The position numbers and the translations under genes are program-made. Under the pieces are notes generated by a model. The model had not been told where the DNA came from, did not search any database, and was given only the letters and a program-made list of their open reading frames with translations. A stretch of 64,000 bases of DNA from Candidatus Bathyarchaeota archaeon (GTDB lineage: Archaea; Thermoproteota; Bathyarchaeia; Bathyarchaeales; Bathycorpusculaceae). Positions 29,595 to 40,840 of this stretch are shown one piece after another. The stretch is from assembly GCA_963782525.1 (NCBI GenBank), contig CAWAKC010000003.1, forward strand, positions 160,001-224,000. The letters run 5' to 3'. Each line of letters opens with the position of its first letter. The stretch's first letter is position 1.

Positions 29595-30179
29595 TTAATT
29601 TTTCGAATTTGGCGTCAACTGCCTCTTGTAGATTGCTAAAAGAACCAGTATGTTTGTGATTATTAGATAGCTTGGGAAGGCGTAAGCTGAAAAAGTCCAA
29701 AATGTCGCAACAACCAAACTTGAAGCTGCACCGAATACTCCAACAACATAGGGCCAAATGGATTCAGTTTCGGGGTTGCTCAATGCTTTTGTGATTGTAG
29801 GTATTGAAGCCAAAGCATCGCTGGATATGGCGAAAACAATGGCAACATTAGGATCCTTAGTTAACCACCACATAAAAAGTGCAAGACCCGAGAGTGCCCC
29901 GCAAACGTAATCAAATGTTGAGGGCTTCCAGTATGCCTTCTTGGCAAAAAAAGATGCGGTGAAAATCATCAGAGGCGAAAACCCCGCCATAAACACGGGT
30001 AAAACTGCCCATCCTACACCGTTTGATAGGGCAGCGGCGGCAGCAATCAACGGCGCAATAGTCCACATTAACCAAGTCACACGGTTTGGCTTGGTTCTTC
30101 CAGAAAACATCGAACGTATGTAAACCAAAGCAGCAAGCGTCGAAGCAAAAGCAGCGATAATGACCAGATACTCAAGCAT
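29595..30179 (-). CDS. Multi-pass membrane hypothetical protein
   Basis: TKPNRVTW...DALASIPTITKA...PETES with ~7 TM segments. Confidence 0.75.
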   Translation of the reverse strand: MLEYLVIIAAFASTLAALVYIRSMFSGRTKPNRVTWLMWTIAPLIAAAAALSNGVGWAVLPVFMAGFSPLMIFTASFFAKKAYWKPSTFDYVCGALSGLALFMWWLTKDPNVAIVFAISSDALASIPTITKALSNPETESIWPYVVGVFGAASSLVVATFWTFSAYAFPSYLIITNILVLLAIYKRQLTPNSKN

Positions 30180-30245
30180 ACGCTAACAATTATTGCTAGC
30201 AAATATAAGCAAATTATCATAGAACTCATAAATTTTGAAGAATGA

Positions 30246-30288
30246 TGGTGCCGAGGGCTAGCTTGACACCGTCGTTTAAACCGTCGTT
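30246..30288 (+). repeat. 43-bp att-like repeat, copy 1
   Basis: Identical to 41313..41355; first 13 bp equal the tRNA-Phe 3' end at 52415..52427. Confidence 0.95.
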
Positions 30289-30630
30289 TTCAACCTTCAA
30301 TTTCCTAAAATGCCATTCCAAAGTAAGTCAGAAGGGGGATTCTATCACCAATTTACCAGTAAAAAGATGCTAAGGATGGGACAAACAGGATTACACTAAA
30401 CGGTGCAAGTCCCTACGCTTAATTTGAAAACTTCCTTTAATGTCTCCAGCTTTCCGTCTGCAAGCGCTTCAGCAAACCCCTAGGCGATGTTTGCTTCAGT
30501 GAAAAACATAAAACTGTCTATTGGCGTAACATATAGTGATCTACAGTTAACGGTAAGGATGTTACTAATATCAAGAAAAGGCATAAAAAAAATTGAAAGA
30601 TATTCTAAACCAGAGTTCCTTATACCACGC

Positions 30631-30927
30631 TTAAGTTGGTCTTAAGTAGAGGGATAATTGATCTTTTGTTACTTTAAGGTTTATTCCGTGTTCGGTGTAG
30701 TCTATAGCGCCTTTTTCTAATGCGGAAATTGCTAATGTGTTTCTGGGAAGGTCAAACAACGCGGGTTTTACGCCATGGATTTGTTCGCTAGCTTCTTTGG
30801 TTAATTCGATTTCAAGGTGGGTTATTTTCCACTCTTCAGGATCTATAACAGCGTCTTTTACTTTGCCTACGACAAAACCGTTTGCGCCAGTCACCATTTG
30901 GTTAACTAATTGATTAAATTTCATCAA
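30631..30927 (-). CDS. PRC-barrel domain protein
   Basis: VTGANGFVVGKVKDAVIDPEEWKITHL. Confidence 0.8.
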   Translation of the reverse strand: MMKFNQLVNQMVTGANGFVVGKVKDAVIDPEEWKITHLEIELTKEASEQIHGVKPALFDLPRNTLAISALEKGAIDYTEHGINLKVTKDQLSLYLRPT

Positions 30928-31587
30928 AACCTACTCCAATTGTAATATCACTATTGTTTTCTTATAAAACATATCGGTTACAAAGCATACGCAACGACTA
31001 ACGACATAAAAAAAACTAAACAAGTTAGCAGGGCAGTTGGGGTTAAAGAGTATGCTTTCTTTTGAGGTTTGTTTCTTTTTTGTAAATACTATTTCGGTTT
31101 TTTGGAAGGCTCTTCTGTTTCTACTGGCAAAAATCGTTCTAATGATGTTTAAGATTCACCCTTCAAGTGAGTAGCGTATTCAGGTTTCTTTTTCTTAATT
31201 ATTCTGCCAACAAGAAAGGGAATTATCAATGATATTATTAAAGTCGCAAGTATGACTAAAGAAAAGCCAGATTCGTTCAATGAACGAGACTGTGTAAAAA
31301 GTCAGTTCGGATTTTGAAAATTGCTTCATTGTTGTTAAAAGCCGTTTTATCAGCCATTGCTTTTTGCGAGCAAATCAGCAATTTTTTGAAAAGCAATTGA
31401 GTTATCACACAGTCTCGAACCTTCACTAAAAGCGACAGATGCTATAACAATCAAAACGTCAGTTATGATACCAAATAATGCCATCAATTTTACAAATATT
31501 GCTGTCGAACAAATATTTCTTTCTGAGGTGCTTTTTTATCACCCGATTTTATAGGTTTAGCGCGCACTACGCGATGTAATCATAAAG

Positions 31588-31875
31588 TTTTTAGCCGTTC
31601 AAAAAAAAGACACAACAGTGCAGTTTTCAACTCTCTTGTACTTGCCACCAGGGCAAAAAAAGCGCGGCGTATCAGGGCACATTAACTATAGATAGCGAGT
31701 AGATGTTAAATGGTGAACCCTCGAAGCAAAGAAAAAAAGCAAAAACGCTACAGTAGGCGTGATGCAAATTTTACGAAAATAGCCCTATTCAGCTAGTTTG
31801 AGCAAAGGGACCGGGTGCGAGGATTGCCGTGTGTTCAGACTCAGTTTAAGCAAACAAATGGCAAATGGGAATAGA
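31588..31875 (+). pseudogene. Degenerate copy of an unknown gene (homolog at 52164..52345)
   Basis: QFSTLLYLPPGQKKRGV...CEDCRV..QFKQTNGKWE* shared with the inverted copy. Confidence 0.6.
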
Positions 31876-32000
31876 GCGCGCCTGACTCGAACAGAGAACC
31901 AACTCAAACGCTGGAAGAATAGACAAAGCAGGCTCACCAACTTATTTCAACATATAACAAAGGGACAAGGCAGCGCCCCTATTACCTTTTTATTGAGCGT

Positions 32001-33743
32001 CTAAATATCCACGACTTCGCTAACTGAGGTTGCTTGTTCAGGCGACTTTTCGCCTCTCCACCTCTTGAACCTTGGAAAACGCAGTGACAATCCACGCTTT
32101 TCTTCGGTATGCCAATTACAGGTATGCACTGGACTCTGGGTAACCTCAAAACCTAACACTTCAACTACATATTTTGGAGCAAACCAATAATCCGGAAACA
32201 TCTCCTTGTTAACAGCAACTCTCGCAGGCTTCTCGCCTACTTTTGTATCTTCAAGTTTTTTTGGTAGGCTGAAAAGTTGTTTGTCAGAAAAGCCGCTTCC
32301 AAGCTTACAAACAGTCTGGAAAACGTCCTCACTCCTATTGTATGCGGCGCACAACAATGCTCCATAGGTTCCGCCTCTTTTGCCCTTGCCTGCGTATGCA
32401 CCAACCACAAATAGGTCAAGGGTATCTGTAAGTTCGGAACTATAGCTTGGTTTCCATTTAATCCAAAACCAACCACGCCTCCCAGCTTGATAGTAAGAAT
32501 CGCCCGCAGTTGACTTGCACACAATACCTTCCAATCCTCTTTCTAAGCAATCCTGAAAAAAATCGTCGATTTCTTCTATTTGGGTGCTTACCACTCGACT
32601 AGCTATAGCTATTCGCTTGTTGTTTTCCACAATTTTTTCTAGTTTGCTCCTCCGCTGAGGATAACTTGTTTTTACGCAAGATTTTCCATCAACATAGAGA
32701 ACGTCAAAAAGCATGTATTTGACAGGACTCTTCTCCGCAAACTCTTCAACATTGTACTTTCTTTTTCTCTGCATAAGCTTCTGAAATGAATCGAAAGCTT
32801 CTTTTTCAAAATTGTAAGCCACAATTTCTCCGTCAAGAATTGCCTTTTTAGCCAATATCTGCTCGTGTACTTGATCAACAATTATTGGAAATTGATCAGT
32901 GACATCTGTTAACCTTCTGGAGAAAAGCTTGACTGAATCGCGGTTCTTATGAGCCTGAATTCGTTCTCCGTCGTATTTCTCTTCGGCAGCTATTTCCTCA
33001 GACTTCATATGTTCCGTTATTTCAGATAGCTTGGAAACGCGTTGAGCCAACATTGGCTGTATTGGCTTACCTAAAGAAATTCGAATATGCTTGACCCCGC
33101 TTAACCCGTTTCCTGCTAGGATTTTGGCGACGTAGCCTATATCAGAGCAGAAATTATAAGCCTCCTCGAGAGGCGCACGCTTTTGCTTGGACCCGAGAAA
33201 GGTAACTGCAAGAGCATCCAGCAGCGTCATATCCGCCACTCCAAAACGCATGTTGCCCAAAGCAAGCCTGATTATGTACTTTCTTTCGTGAGGAGTTGCC
33301 CCAGCCAAAATATTAGTCAAAGTCTTCTTTTTGAAATCTTGAGAAATAGGTCCTTTGGCTCTGGCAATCTTTAAGAATTCTTTGTGTAAACCGTTCACAG
33401 AGATGTTCTCTTTGAGTGAGAAATCTTCAATTTCCTTTTTTGTTGTCTTGTTGATTTTTGAAGCTACTGTTCCTAGGTCGCCTAGTTTTTTCAATTCATT
33501 TTCGACTTCAGTTTCATCCATTCCAAAGGCAAGAGAAACAGCCGACTTGGCGATTTCGCTGCCTATTCCTATCTGCAAATTCTCATACGCAGCTACAACC
33601 TCTCCAAGTGCGAAGTAGCATACAATATCGATGTTGCTGGCTGTGGCTTTTTTCAGCAATGAAACTAACGTTTGAATCATTGCTTTCTTAGATGAGGTTT
33701 TTTCTAGTTTTTCAAAGTATTCAACAAGGCTTGAAAAACGCAA
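32001..33743 (-). CDS. lig: ATP-dependent DNA ligase
   Basis: EEKYDGER, LDGEIV, LEGIVCK, WIKWK, SLRFPRF. Confidence 0.97.
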   Translation of the reverse strand: MRFSSLVEYFEKLEKTSSKKAMIQTLVSLLKKATASNIDIVCYFALGEVVAAYENLQIGIGSEIAKSAVSLAFGMDETEVENELKKLGDLGTVASKINKTTKKEIEDFSLKENISVNGLHKEFLKIARAKGPISQDFKKKTLTNILAGATPHERKYIIRLALGNMRFGVADMTLLDALAVTFLGSKQKRAPLEEAYNFCSDIGYVAKILAGNGLSGVKHIRISLGKPIQPMLAQRVSKLSEITEHMKSEEIAAEEKYDGERIQAHKNRDSVKLFSRRLTDVTDQFPIIVDQVHEQILAKKAILDGEIVAYNFEKEAFDSFQKLMQRKRKYNVEEFAEKSPVKYMLFDVLYVDGKSCVKTSYPQRRSKLEKIVENNKRIAIASRVVSTQIEEIDDFFQDCLERGLEGIVCKSTAGDSYYQAGRRGWFWIKWKPSYSSELTDTLDLFVVGAYAGKGKRGGTYGALLCAAYNRSEDVFQTVCKLGSGFSDKQLFSLPKKLEDTKVGEKPARVAVNKEMFPDYWFAPKYVVEVLGFEVTQSPVHTCNWHTEEKRGLSLRFPRFKRWRGEKSPEQATSVSEVVDI

Positions 33744-34073
33744 GGTATCTCCTTGACAAGGTTATCAAGAGTGGATAAAAAAGATTTTCGGACAGATCCA
33801 ACCTTGCACGGCACTCTATTGCCTGTACTTCCAGAGTTCCCCTTGTGGATTCCGCCTACGATAATGATTATCACTGCTTTAGCAGTGTCTAAAATTTAGA
33901 CAAATAGTTCATTAGGTTTTAGCTTTGTCTCTGTCTCTCTACGGCGTAATCCTTTTTGACGAATTCGAGGCTGAAAAACTGGCGGTTTGAGATTCGGGTT
34001 CCAGACCTGAATGGGCCCGCGCTTGATAATAGCGTCTGATTAACAAAACACTGTGCCATTAAGCGCGCGGAAT

Positions 34074-34763
34074 CTAGTAGTATTTCTTTAAAAGGTTCTG
34101 AGAGTCTGACGCCAACTTTATGCTTCTCGAAATCCGTACGCCTTTCCAACATAGTTTGAAGGCTTTTTGTTTTTTTGAAACCAAGCTCCAATTAGCTAAT
34201 TCAAGGTCACAAACCGACGCTCGATCCTGCGGATTCTCCAACTTACACATCTGACCTCTACTCAAGTTTTCAAAAACCCTTCTAAAAGGGCGCATGGAAT
34301 TGTTATGGCAAGAAATCGCCACATTGCCTGGGTTTTGCTTAAGCCACTCTGTGAGTTGGTCAAGAAACGAAATTACGCGTTTTTCAACCATCTCCAAACT
34401 CTCGCCACCAGGTGGACCAAAACCATAGCCCCGGTGAATTCGAGCGTACCAATCAGGATTTTCATCCTTCATTTTTCTTTTGTTTCTGCCTTGGAGTAAA
34501 CCGTAGCAGCGTTCAATGAGGCGGTCGTCGATGAAAACTGGAACTTGCGTGCGGTCCTGGAGTACGATTTCAAGGGTTTTTCTGGCTCGTTTCAAATGTG
34601 AGGTAAAAGCATAATCAATTTGGTATGGTTTGAGTTGTTCAGAGGTTTCCTGTGCCTGGGAAAGCCCCTTCAAAGTAAGTTCAGAGTCACGCCAGCCAGA
34701 AAATACCCCGCGACTGTTATCAAACGTTTCAGCATGCCGAAAAACAAACAGCTTACAAATCAT
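34074..34763 (-). CDS. Histidine phosphatase / phosphoglycerate mutase family
   Basis: RHAET (RHG variant), ERCYGLLQG, PPGGESL, SCHNNSMR. Confidence 0.88.
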   Translation of the reverse strand: MICKLFVFRHAETFDNSRGVFSGWRDSELTLKGLSQAQETSEQLKPYQIDYAFTSHLKRARKTLEIVLQDRTQVPVFIDDRLIERCYGLLQGRNKRKMKDENPDWYARIHRGYGFGPPGGESLEMVEKRVISFLDQLTEWLKQNPGNVAISCHNNSMRPFRRVFENLSRGQMCKLENPQDRASVCDLELANWSLVSKKQKAFKLCWKGVRISRSIKLASDSQNLLKKYY

Positions 34764-34842
34764 ATTTTCCAACCAGGCAAATTGAGTTCGATCAACAGAT
34801 AGGTTAATTCTATTTCGCTGTTTCTGTTTTTTAGGCACACCG

Positions 34843-35331
34843 CTAAATGGAACCGCTCATGCTTATGTAGCATTCAGCTAATTGCTCTTGTCTTCTAGTG
34901 AGGGTGAACCCGTTGCACATTCGCTCCAACGCTTTTCGCAGCCTTTCTACGTCGTTTTCTGGTATCTGGAAGGAAAACTCGCCGTTCCTGTAAGCAGTCA
35001 ATATTGAGTCTAGGCCATCAATGTATTTTCTGTTTCTAATAACGTTCTCGCGTTTTGTTCTGAATTTCCTAAACCACTCTGATGCCTTGCGGTTCGTTAA
35101 GCGGTCTATACATCTGTTTCCAACACGCAGTTCCCGACCATCATTGCTCCTTATCACCGAGACATTCTTTATCGGATGATTTCCACATACATCACATCTC
35201 GTCCAAGGCGACGCCACATAATTGTTAACTAAACGGTAAGTCTTGTTCTCGTATTCGAAGGGGAAAAAACTCTTCAGGTTCGCAGCGAAAGTCCTGCTAA
35301 ATTCAATTGAAATATCATCTGTTTTTGTCAA
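34843..35331 (-). CDS. Hypothetical Zn-binding protein
   Basis: CDVCGNHPI...VGNRCI. Confidence 0.6.
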   Translation of the reverse strand: MTKTDDISIEFSRTFAANLKSFFPFEYENKTYRLVNNYVASPWTRCDVCGNHPIKNVSVIRSNDGRELRVGNRCIDRLTNRKASEWFRKFRTKRENVIRNRKYIDGLDSILTAYRNGEFSFQIPENDVERLRKALERMCNGFTLTRRQEQLAECYISMSGSI

Positions 35332-35349
35332 TTTGCCTTACCTGATAAT

Positions 35350-36511
35350 TTATGTCAACGGAAATCTTCGCCTCAAATATTCTTTCGCAAATTCACGGTC
35401 ATGAGACAATTCGGTGCTTTTCACAATTTGACCCTCAAGCCTATCCAAAGCAACCTTGAATGTCTGTTCCACACCATATCCCTCACCTGGAACTAAAAAA
35501 TGAACCTTTAACAGTTCTAAATTGCAGACGACAGTGAACCAGTTGGTCACCCTTAAAATTTGTACCATGCGTCTTCATGTAAACAAAGAGCGTGCCCGAC
35601 TCCAAAGTTTTTCCATATCTGTGAGTGAAAGATTCAAAGTCATCCATAATCAAGCCTCGTTGTAGTTCATCAACTTCCACGTCTTTAACGGAAAACTGCA
35701 CCGTAAGCTTTTGCGGCGGCTGCTCTATTTGAGCTAATGGCTCAAGAAAATCACGTTTAGTTACGATACCTACAGGTCTTCCTTTGCTAACAATTACCAA
35801 AGATGAGATATTGAATTTGTGCATTTGCTCTTCTGCATCCTGCAATTTAGTTTCAGGCAAAACAGTGACCACAGGCTTAACCATTATACCCTTAGCTGGA
35901 ATACTTAGAACAGGTACTTTCTGGCCTACTCTATCGCCAAACCTTTGCACCTGTCTTGGCTGAAAAATACTTTCAATTATATCGTAAATGCTTACTATTC
36001 CGACGAGTTTTCCATCTCTGACTATCGGTACGTGAGAAATCCCCTCTGCTCTTAAAAGGCTTAACACAGCCCCTAACGATTCGTCTTCTTCGACGACAAA
36101 CGGCTTCTTAGTCATTATCTCTTCAACACGAGTATTGCCCCATCGCTCGTTTACGGCCCCATGGATAACATCCTCATCTGTAACAAAACCCAAGAGTTTA
36201 TCTTCATTGTAGACTGGAAGCTGCCTAATCTCGCTCTCAATCATTAGCTTAGCCACCTTGTTAAGAGAATCCTGCAAAGTAACAGCAGGTGCAGGTCGCA
36301 TCAACGTCTTAACCTTTGTTTTTGAGGAGTCAAGACTCGAACGTATTATCCATTTGCGAGAAATAACCCCTTTATAATTACCTTTATCATCTAGGACCGC
36401 TAAAACAGGCGGCGTCTCTTCTTTGAAAAGCGATAAACAAGATGAAAGGGTATCATTCTCATGAACTTCCAAAAACCCCTTTCTAAAAATATCCTCAACA
36501 ATTTTAACCAT
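35350..36511 (-). CDS. Four-CBS + HPF/RaiA-like domain protein (Hib-type ribosome hibernation factor), +1 frameshift near 35489
   Basis: Removing one C joins ...FFSSGEGYGVEQTFKVALDRLEGQIVK, resembling the HPF C-terminal helix. Confidence 0.75.
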
Positions 36512-36949
36512 AAAAAATCACTTAGTATTATTATTCTCATAGCGCAATTTAAGGATTAAAAGAAAAATCGCCGTACCACTCGGAAAATAGGTAAAAAGAA
36601 GCAATAATTTTTCAAACGTCGTTTTCGAACCACCAATGTTCGGGTTGCCAGCTATAAAACAGTAGACGAGTACTTCAGACTGTTCAACATTATCTGCCTC
36701 GCATACATCTCCATTCACATATTAAGAAGCTGTGCATCAAGACCTGCCCCCAAAACGATATGGATCATCCTCGGCTATCTACTACTCGGTTTCGGTCAGT
36801 ACTCTTCGTTGATTTGGTCGATTGATTCAAGCTTCACAGCATATGTAGGTGCACTTTTCCTTCGGCTGTCAGGATTATTGGTTCTCCTGTTGTGGTCTAC
36901 CAAGCTTTCTTCGGTACGCGTGAAGCGTCCTCAAAAAGAGAGATTAGAA

Positions 36950-37224
36950 CTGAGAAAGCGTCCACGCAGAGATAAAATGAAAATTTACGGTGACCTACTT
37001 TTCGTTCTTTACAGTGAATCGAAGAAAGAAAAAATTGTTCTAACTCGTGTTCAGCAAAGAATACACGTTCCTTATGACCGCTTAAAAACTTACATCGCCG
37101 AAATCAAAGAACTCGGTTTGATCGAAGATGAAGCATCATTAAAACTGACAGAAAGGGTAAACTGTTCCTTGGAGAGTATGAGACAGTTCTTGATTCGATG
37201 AAGCGCATGGGCTTAACTTATTGA
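36950..37224 (+). CDS. Winged-helix DNA-binding protein, frameshift near 37155
   Basis: RRDKMKIYGDLL...YDRLKTYIAEIKELGLIE...LTE/GKLFL. Confidence 0.7.
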
Positions 37225-37534
37225 TGGAACAGCTGATTTGGATATAATTGCAGTACGAGCAAGAGAAAGATTAAGAATTGATCCGAGGACAGGGTATTTT
37301 CTAATTTATATTTCTAAATTATCTAAAAAATTAGAAAATTAATACTTTATCAATTTATTTTCTTATTTATTTTCTTTAATCGATTAAGATTTAGAAATTA
37401 AAAATTTAGGAAATGAGTGCTCCTTATTACTCCCTGAATTGAACCTTTTTCTTCTCAAGGACACCGCGTCATTTGGTAGGGGGATAAAAAATTTATATGT
37501 ACTCTCTGTTCAGTAGTGAACCAAGGAGATCAAT

Positions 37535-38602
37535 ATACCAAAGGTAATTAAGGGTAGAACAAAAAAAGCCGGTTTGCCCCCTGGGACAATCGTATACATT
37601 GGGAAACATAAAAACGAAAAAGTACGTATCAGATTTATCGATTACGATGAACAGCATTTTGAAGAGAAAGAAGCTAAAGCAATTGAAGAGATATTTGAGT
37701 TTAGAGACAAGCCTACCATTACTTGGATAAATATTGATGGGCTTCAGAGAATTGATGTTATCGAAAAAATTGGGAAACACTATAACCTGCATCCGCTTGT
37801 TCTTGAAGATATTGCAAACACTGAACAGCGTCCAAAAATGGAGGACTTTACGGATTACATCTACATTGTGTTGAGGATGCTGCGGTATGATGATCAGAAC
37901 AGCGAGATCATATCCGAGCAGCTTAGTCTGATTCTTGGTTCAAGCTGGGTGATATCTTTTCAGGAAAGTGAGGGCGATGTTTTTGACCCTGTTAGAGAGC
38001 GATTAAGAAACAATAAAGGTCGCATTAGAACGCTGGGTGCTGACTACCTGGTATATACCCTAATAGACGCTGTGGTAGACAACTATTTCACAGTCCTCGA
38101 GAAGATGGGCGGAAAAATCGAAGATATAGAGGATGAATTAATTGCAAATCCAGAACCCGCAATCTTAAAGGTCATACACGACTTAAGGAGACAAAGCATA
38201 TCTCTACGCAAATCAGTCTGGCCCTTAAGGGAGGTCGTCAGTTGCTTAGAGAGAATGGAGTCAAAATTAATCAACAAAACCACAAATATCTATCTAAGGG
38301 ATGTGTACGACCACACAATTCAAGTTATTGATTCGATAGAAACGTTTCGCGACATGCTCTCAGGAATGCTGGATATTTACCTTTCCAGCATCAGCAACAG
38401 AATGAATGAAGTGATGAAAGTGCTCACGATTATCGCGACTATTTTTATTCCTCTAACTTTAGTCGCAGGCATTTATGGAATGAACTTTGCCTATATGCCT
38501 GAACTTAGGTCGCCTTGGGGTTATCCGTTCGTATTAGTTGTTATGTTATCAATAGCAATAGTGATGTTGTTTTACTTCAGAAAGAAGAAATGGATATTAT
38601 AG
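37535..38602 (+). CDS. corA: Magnesium/cobalt transporter CorA
   Basis: GIYGMNF and MPEL motifs; N-terminal PKVIKGRTKKAGLPPGT begins at ATA 37535. Confidence 0.96.
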   Translation: MPKVIKGRTKKAGLPPGTIVYIGKHKNEKVRIRFIDYDEQHFEEKEAKAIEEIFEFRDKPTITWINIDGLQRIDVIEKIGKHYNLHPLVLEDIANTEQRPKMEDFTDYIYIVLRMLRYDDQNSEIISEQLSLILGSSWVISFQESEGDVFDPVRERLRNNKGRIRTLGADYLVYTLIDAVVDNYFTVLEKMGGKIEDIEDELIANPEPAILKVIHDLRRQSISLRKSVWPLREVVSCLERMESKLINKTTNIYLRDVYDHTIQVIDSIETFRDMLSGMLDIYLSSISNRMNEVMKVLTIIATIFIPLTLVAGIYGMNFAYMPELRSPWGYPFVLVVMLSIAIVMLFYFRKKKWIL

Positions 38603-38836
38603 AACTGAAAAACGAAAGTCACCTGCCCCAAAGAATACCTCGGAAAAACAGTCTACCGAGTCATAGTAGATGAACCAACCGAAGGGAGCCAGCAACCATG
38701 AGCGAACTTGTTTGCGGAACCCATAGAGACCAAACCGTACTTTTCTACAGACCTCAACGACAAGAATATCAGCTTGAATTCCCTCGAAGTTATCGGGGAT
38801 CTCAGCCCCTATTTACCAGTAAAGAGATGTTGATGA

Positions 38837-38892
38837 TGGGTCGTACCGGACTTAACCCCTTCGCGATATGAGCCCCTCTTGCCCAAACTTTG
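38837..38892 (+). repeat. tRNA-Val-like 3'-end remnant plus hairpin
   Basis: GGTCGTACCGGACTTAACCCC identical at 41383..41403; TGGGTCGTACCGGACTT is close to the reverse complement of the tRNA-Val 3' end. Confidence 0.75.
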
Positions 38893-38999
38893 ATTATTTT
38901 ACTTTTTTTTTTATCTAAACGTGTTATGAGAAAACCCGCAAAAAGTCAACTATGTGCTTTTGCTAAAAGTTTTGGTTTGTCCGCTCTTTATTGCTTTTT

Positions 39000-40562
39000 T
39001 TATTCAAAAGCCTCTTGGTCGAGATAGTATTTTCCGTTGACTTCTACGAACATTTTTGTTTGCTCTCTACGTCTTTCCATGATTCTTACAAATATTCGTG
39101 ACAAACCCAGTTCTTTAGCTGTCATGGCAGTTTGGGGGCTGGTGGCTCCTTTTTCTTGGAATTTTTGGATGATTTGCTGGATTTTCTCATCTCTCCAGCC
39201 TTGTGGCTCTTTTGGTTCTTGTTGGCTTGGTGGTGGAGGAGGTGGGGTTGGGGCAAGGATTGGCGCAGATTGTATTGGAACTTGCGTTTGTTGCTGTTGG
39301 GCTACAACGCGGTTTGTTTTGCCTTCATTGTCAGGGCCATTTCCACTGTTGCTTATTTTCGGTGCTTCAGAGGGTGATGCAGCCTTATGTTGACGTTTGC
39401 GCCATAAGAGAATTATGAGGATCAGTACTATAACGATAACTATGATCACTATTAGCCATTCAATCGTACCAAAACTGGGTGAGCCTGAGCTGGGGGTAGG
39501 CGAAGTAGACGTAGTTGGGATTGGTGTTGAAGAGGTTGTTGTGCTCGGTGAAGAAGACGTAGTTGGATTAACGGAAGGGGAGGTTCCTGAGCTACCTGTT
39601 ATCACTTTTGCGGTATTGCCGTCGTTGATGACAGCGAATATTTCGCCTTTGCCAAGGTCGTAAACTAAATTGTTGACGTTTATGGAGGCTTCATCAACTA
39701 TGGCATTGTTGCTTTCAGAAATAATGATAAGATGCTGGACAGGTACGATTATTTCGTCTCTAGCAGGATTGTAAGCTAGGGTCTGGGGGTCCCCTCCATA
39801 GACGCCTAGTGAAATTTCTTTTACCACCGTGTTGGTTTGATCTGATATTACGGAAACCGCTGCGGCGTTATAATCAGCGACGAAAATCTCGCCTTTACTG
39901 GAAGCATAGGCTAATCCTTCAACAGCATTTCCTCCCATATCAATGGTTGCAACCACTGTATTGTCGCTGTCTCTTATCACCGAGATACTTGGGGCGCCCG
40001 AATTGGATACGAATATTTCGTTTTTGCCAGAATCATATACTATGCCAGTAGGTGAGTCTCCTACGGTTATTGTTGCAACCACGGTGTTAGTGCTGTCTGA
40101 TATTACAGATACAGAGTGGGAATCGGCATTGCACACAAAAACTTCACCTTTAGAAGAATCATAAGCTACTCCACGGGGGTTACTTCCCACAGTCACGTTT
40201 GCGACCACACAGTTAGTGCTGTCTGAAATTATTGAAACTGTGTTGTCACCGGAATTAGCGACGAAAATCTCACCCTTTCCGGAATCATAAGCTATTTCTC
40301 GAGGATATTGCCCGACGGGTATAGTTGCAACAACAGCGTTGGTGATATCCGAAATAACAGAAACAGTGCCGTCACCAAGATTGCAAACAAAAATCTCGCC
40401 CTTTCCAGAATCATAAGCTACACCGTAAGGAAAGTGTCCCACGGTTATTGTAGCAGATACTGCAAGTGTTGATGCCGCGTTAACCAGATTGACCGCTGAC
40501 AAAATAAAAATCATAATGAATAATAAGACTAAAAGTTTCGAAACTTTAAGTTTCATAGACAT
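39000..40562 (-). CDS. YVTN/YncE beta-propeller membrane protein with a cytoplasmic C-terminal domain
   Basis: Repeats PxGVAYDSGKGEIFVxNxxxxTVSVI; S/T linker; TM; Pro-rich region. Confidence 0.88.
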   Translation of the reverse strand: MSMKLKVSKLLVLLFIMIFILSAVNLVNAASTLAVSATITVGHFPYGVAYDSGKGEIFVCNLGDGTVSVISDITNAVVATIPVGQYPREIAYDSGKGEIFVANSGDNTVSIISDSTNCVVANVTVGSNPRGVAYDSSKGEVFVCNADSHSVSVISDSTNTVVATITVGDSPTGIVYDSGKNEIFVSNSGAPSISVIRDSDNTVVATIDMGGNAVEGLAYASSKGEIFVADYNAAAVSVISDQTNTVVKEISLGVYGGDPQTLAYNPARDEIIVPVQHLIIISESNNAIVDEASINVNNLVYDLGKGEIFAVINDGNTAKVITGSSGTSPSVNPTTSSSPSTTTSSTPIPTTSTSPTPSSGSPSFGTIEWLIVIIVIVIVLILIILLWRKRQHKAASPSEAPKISNSGNGPDNEGKTNRVVAQQQQTQVPIQSAPILAPTPPPPPPSQQEPKEPQGWRDEKIQQIIQKFQEKGATSPQTAMTAKELGLSRIFVRIMERRREQTKMFVEVNGKYYLDQEAFE

Positions 40563-40814
40563 TTCCCTTACTTTCCTTCTGAATCGGGTAGTTTCAAAAT
40601 AGATTTAAGGCTTTCGTTTGCTCGCTTGGGGTACCCGTCGATGGCATTTGGCGACGCTATTTATTTTTGTCGACGAATTCGCCAATGGGATTTTGTAGCC
40701 AACCTAGCAGTAAAAATGATTTGAGGAATCCAAAATCGAAAATTGGTTTGGGATAGATGGGATTCGTTTAAATTATTAAGCAAATCCTTATTTTTCCTCG
40801 GAAAAAGAATGAAA

Positions 40815-40840
40815 CGGGCCCGCTGGGAATCGCACCCCAA
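40815..40840 (-). repeat. Degenerate tRNA 3'-end fragment (Arg-like)
   Basis: GGGTGCGATTCCCAGCGGGCCCG resembles T-loop + T-stem + acceptor strand + G discriminator. Confidence 0.5.

Noticed and set aside
31588-31875. Conserved ncRNA or origin shared with 52164..52345
   Set aside because: Synonymous substitutions and a shared stop codon point to a coding remnant
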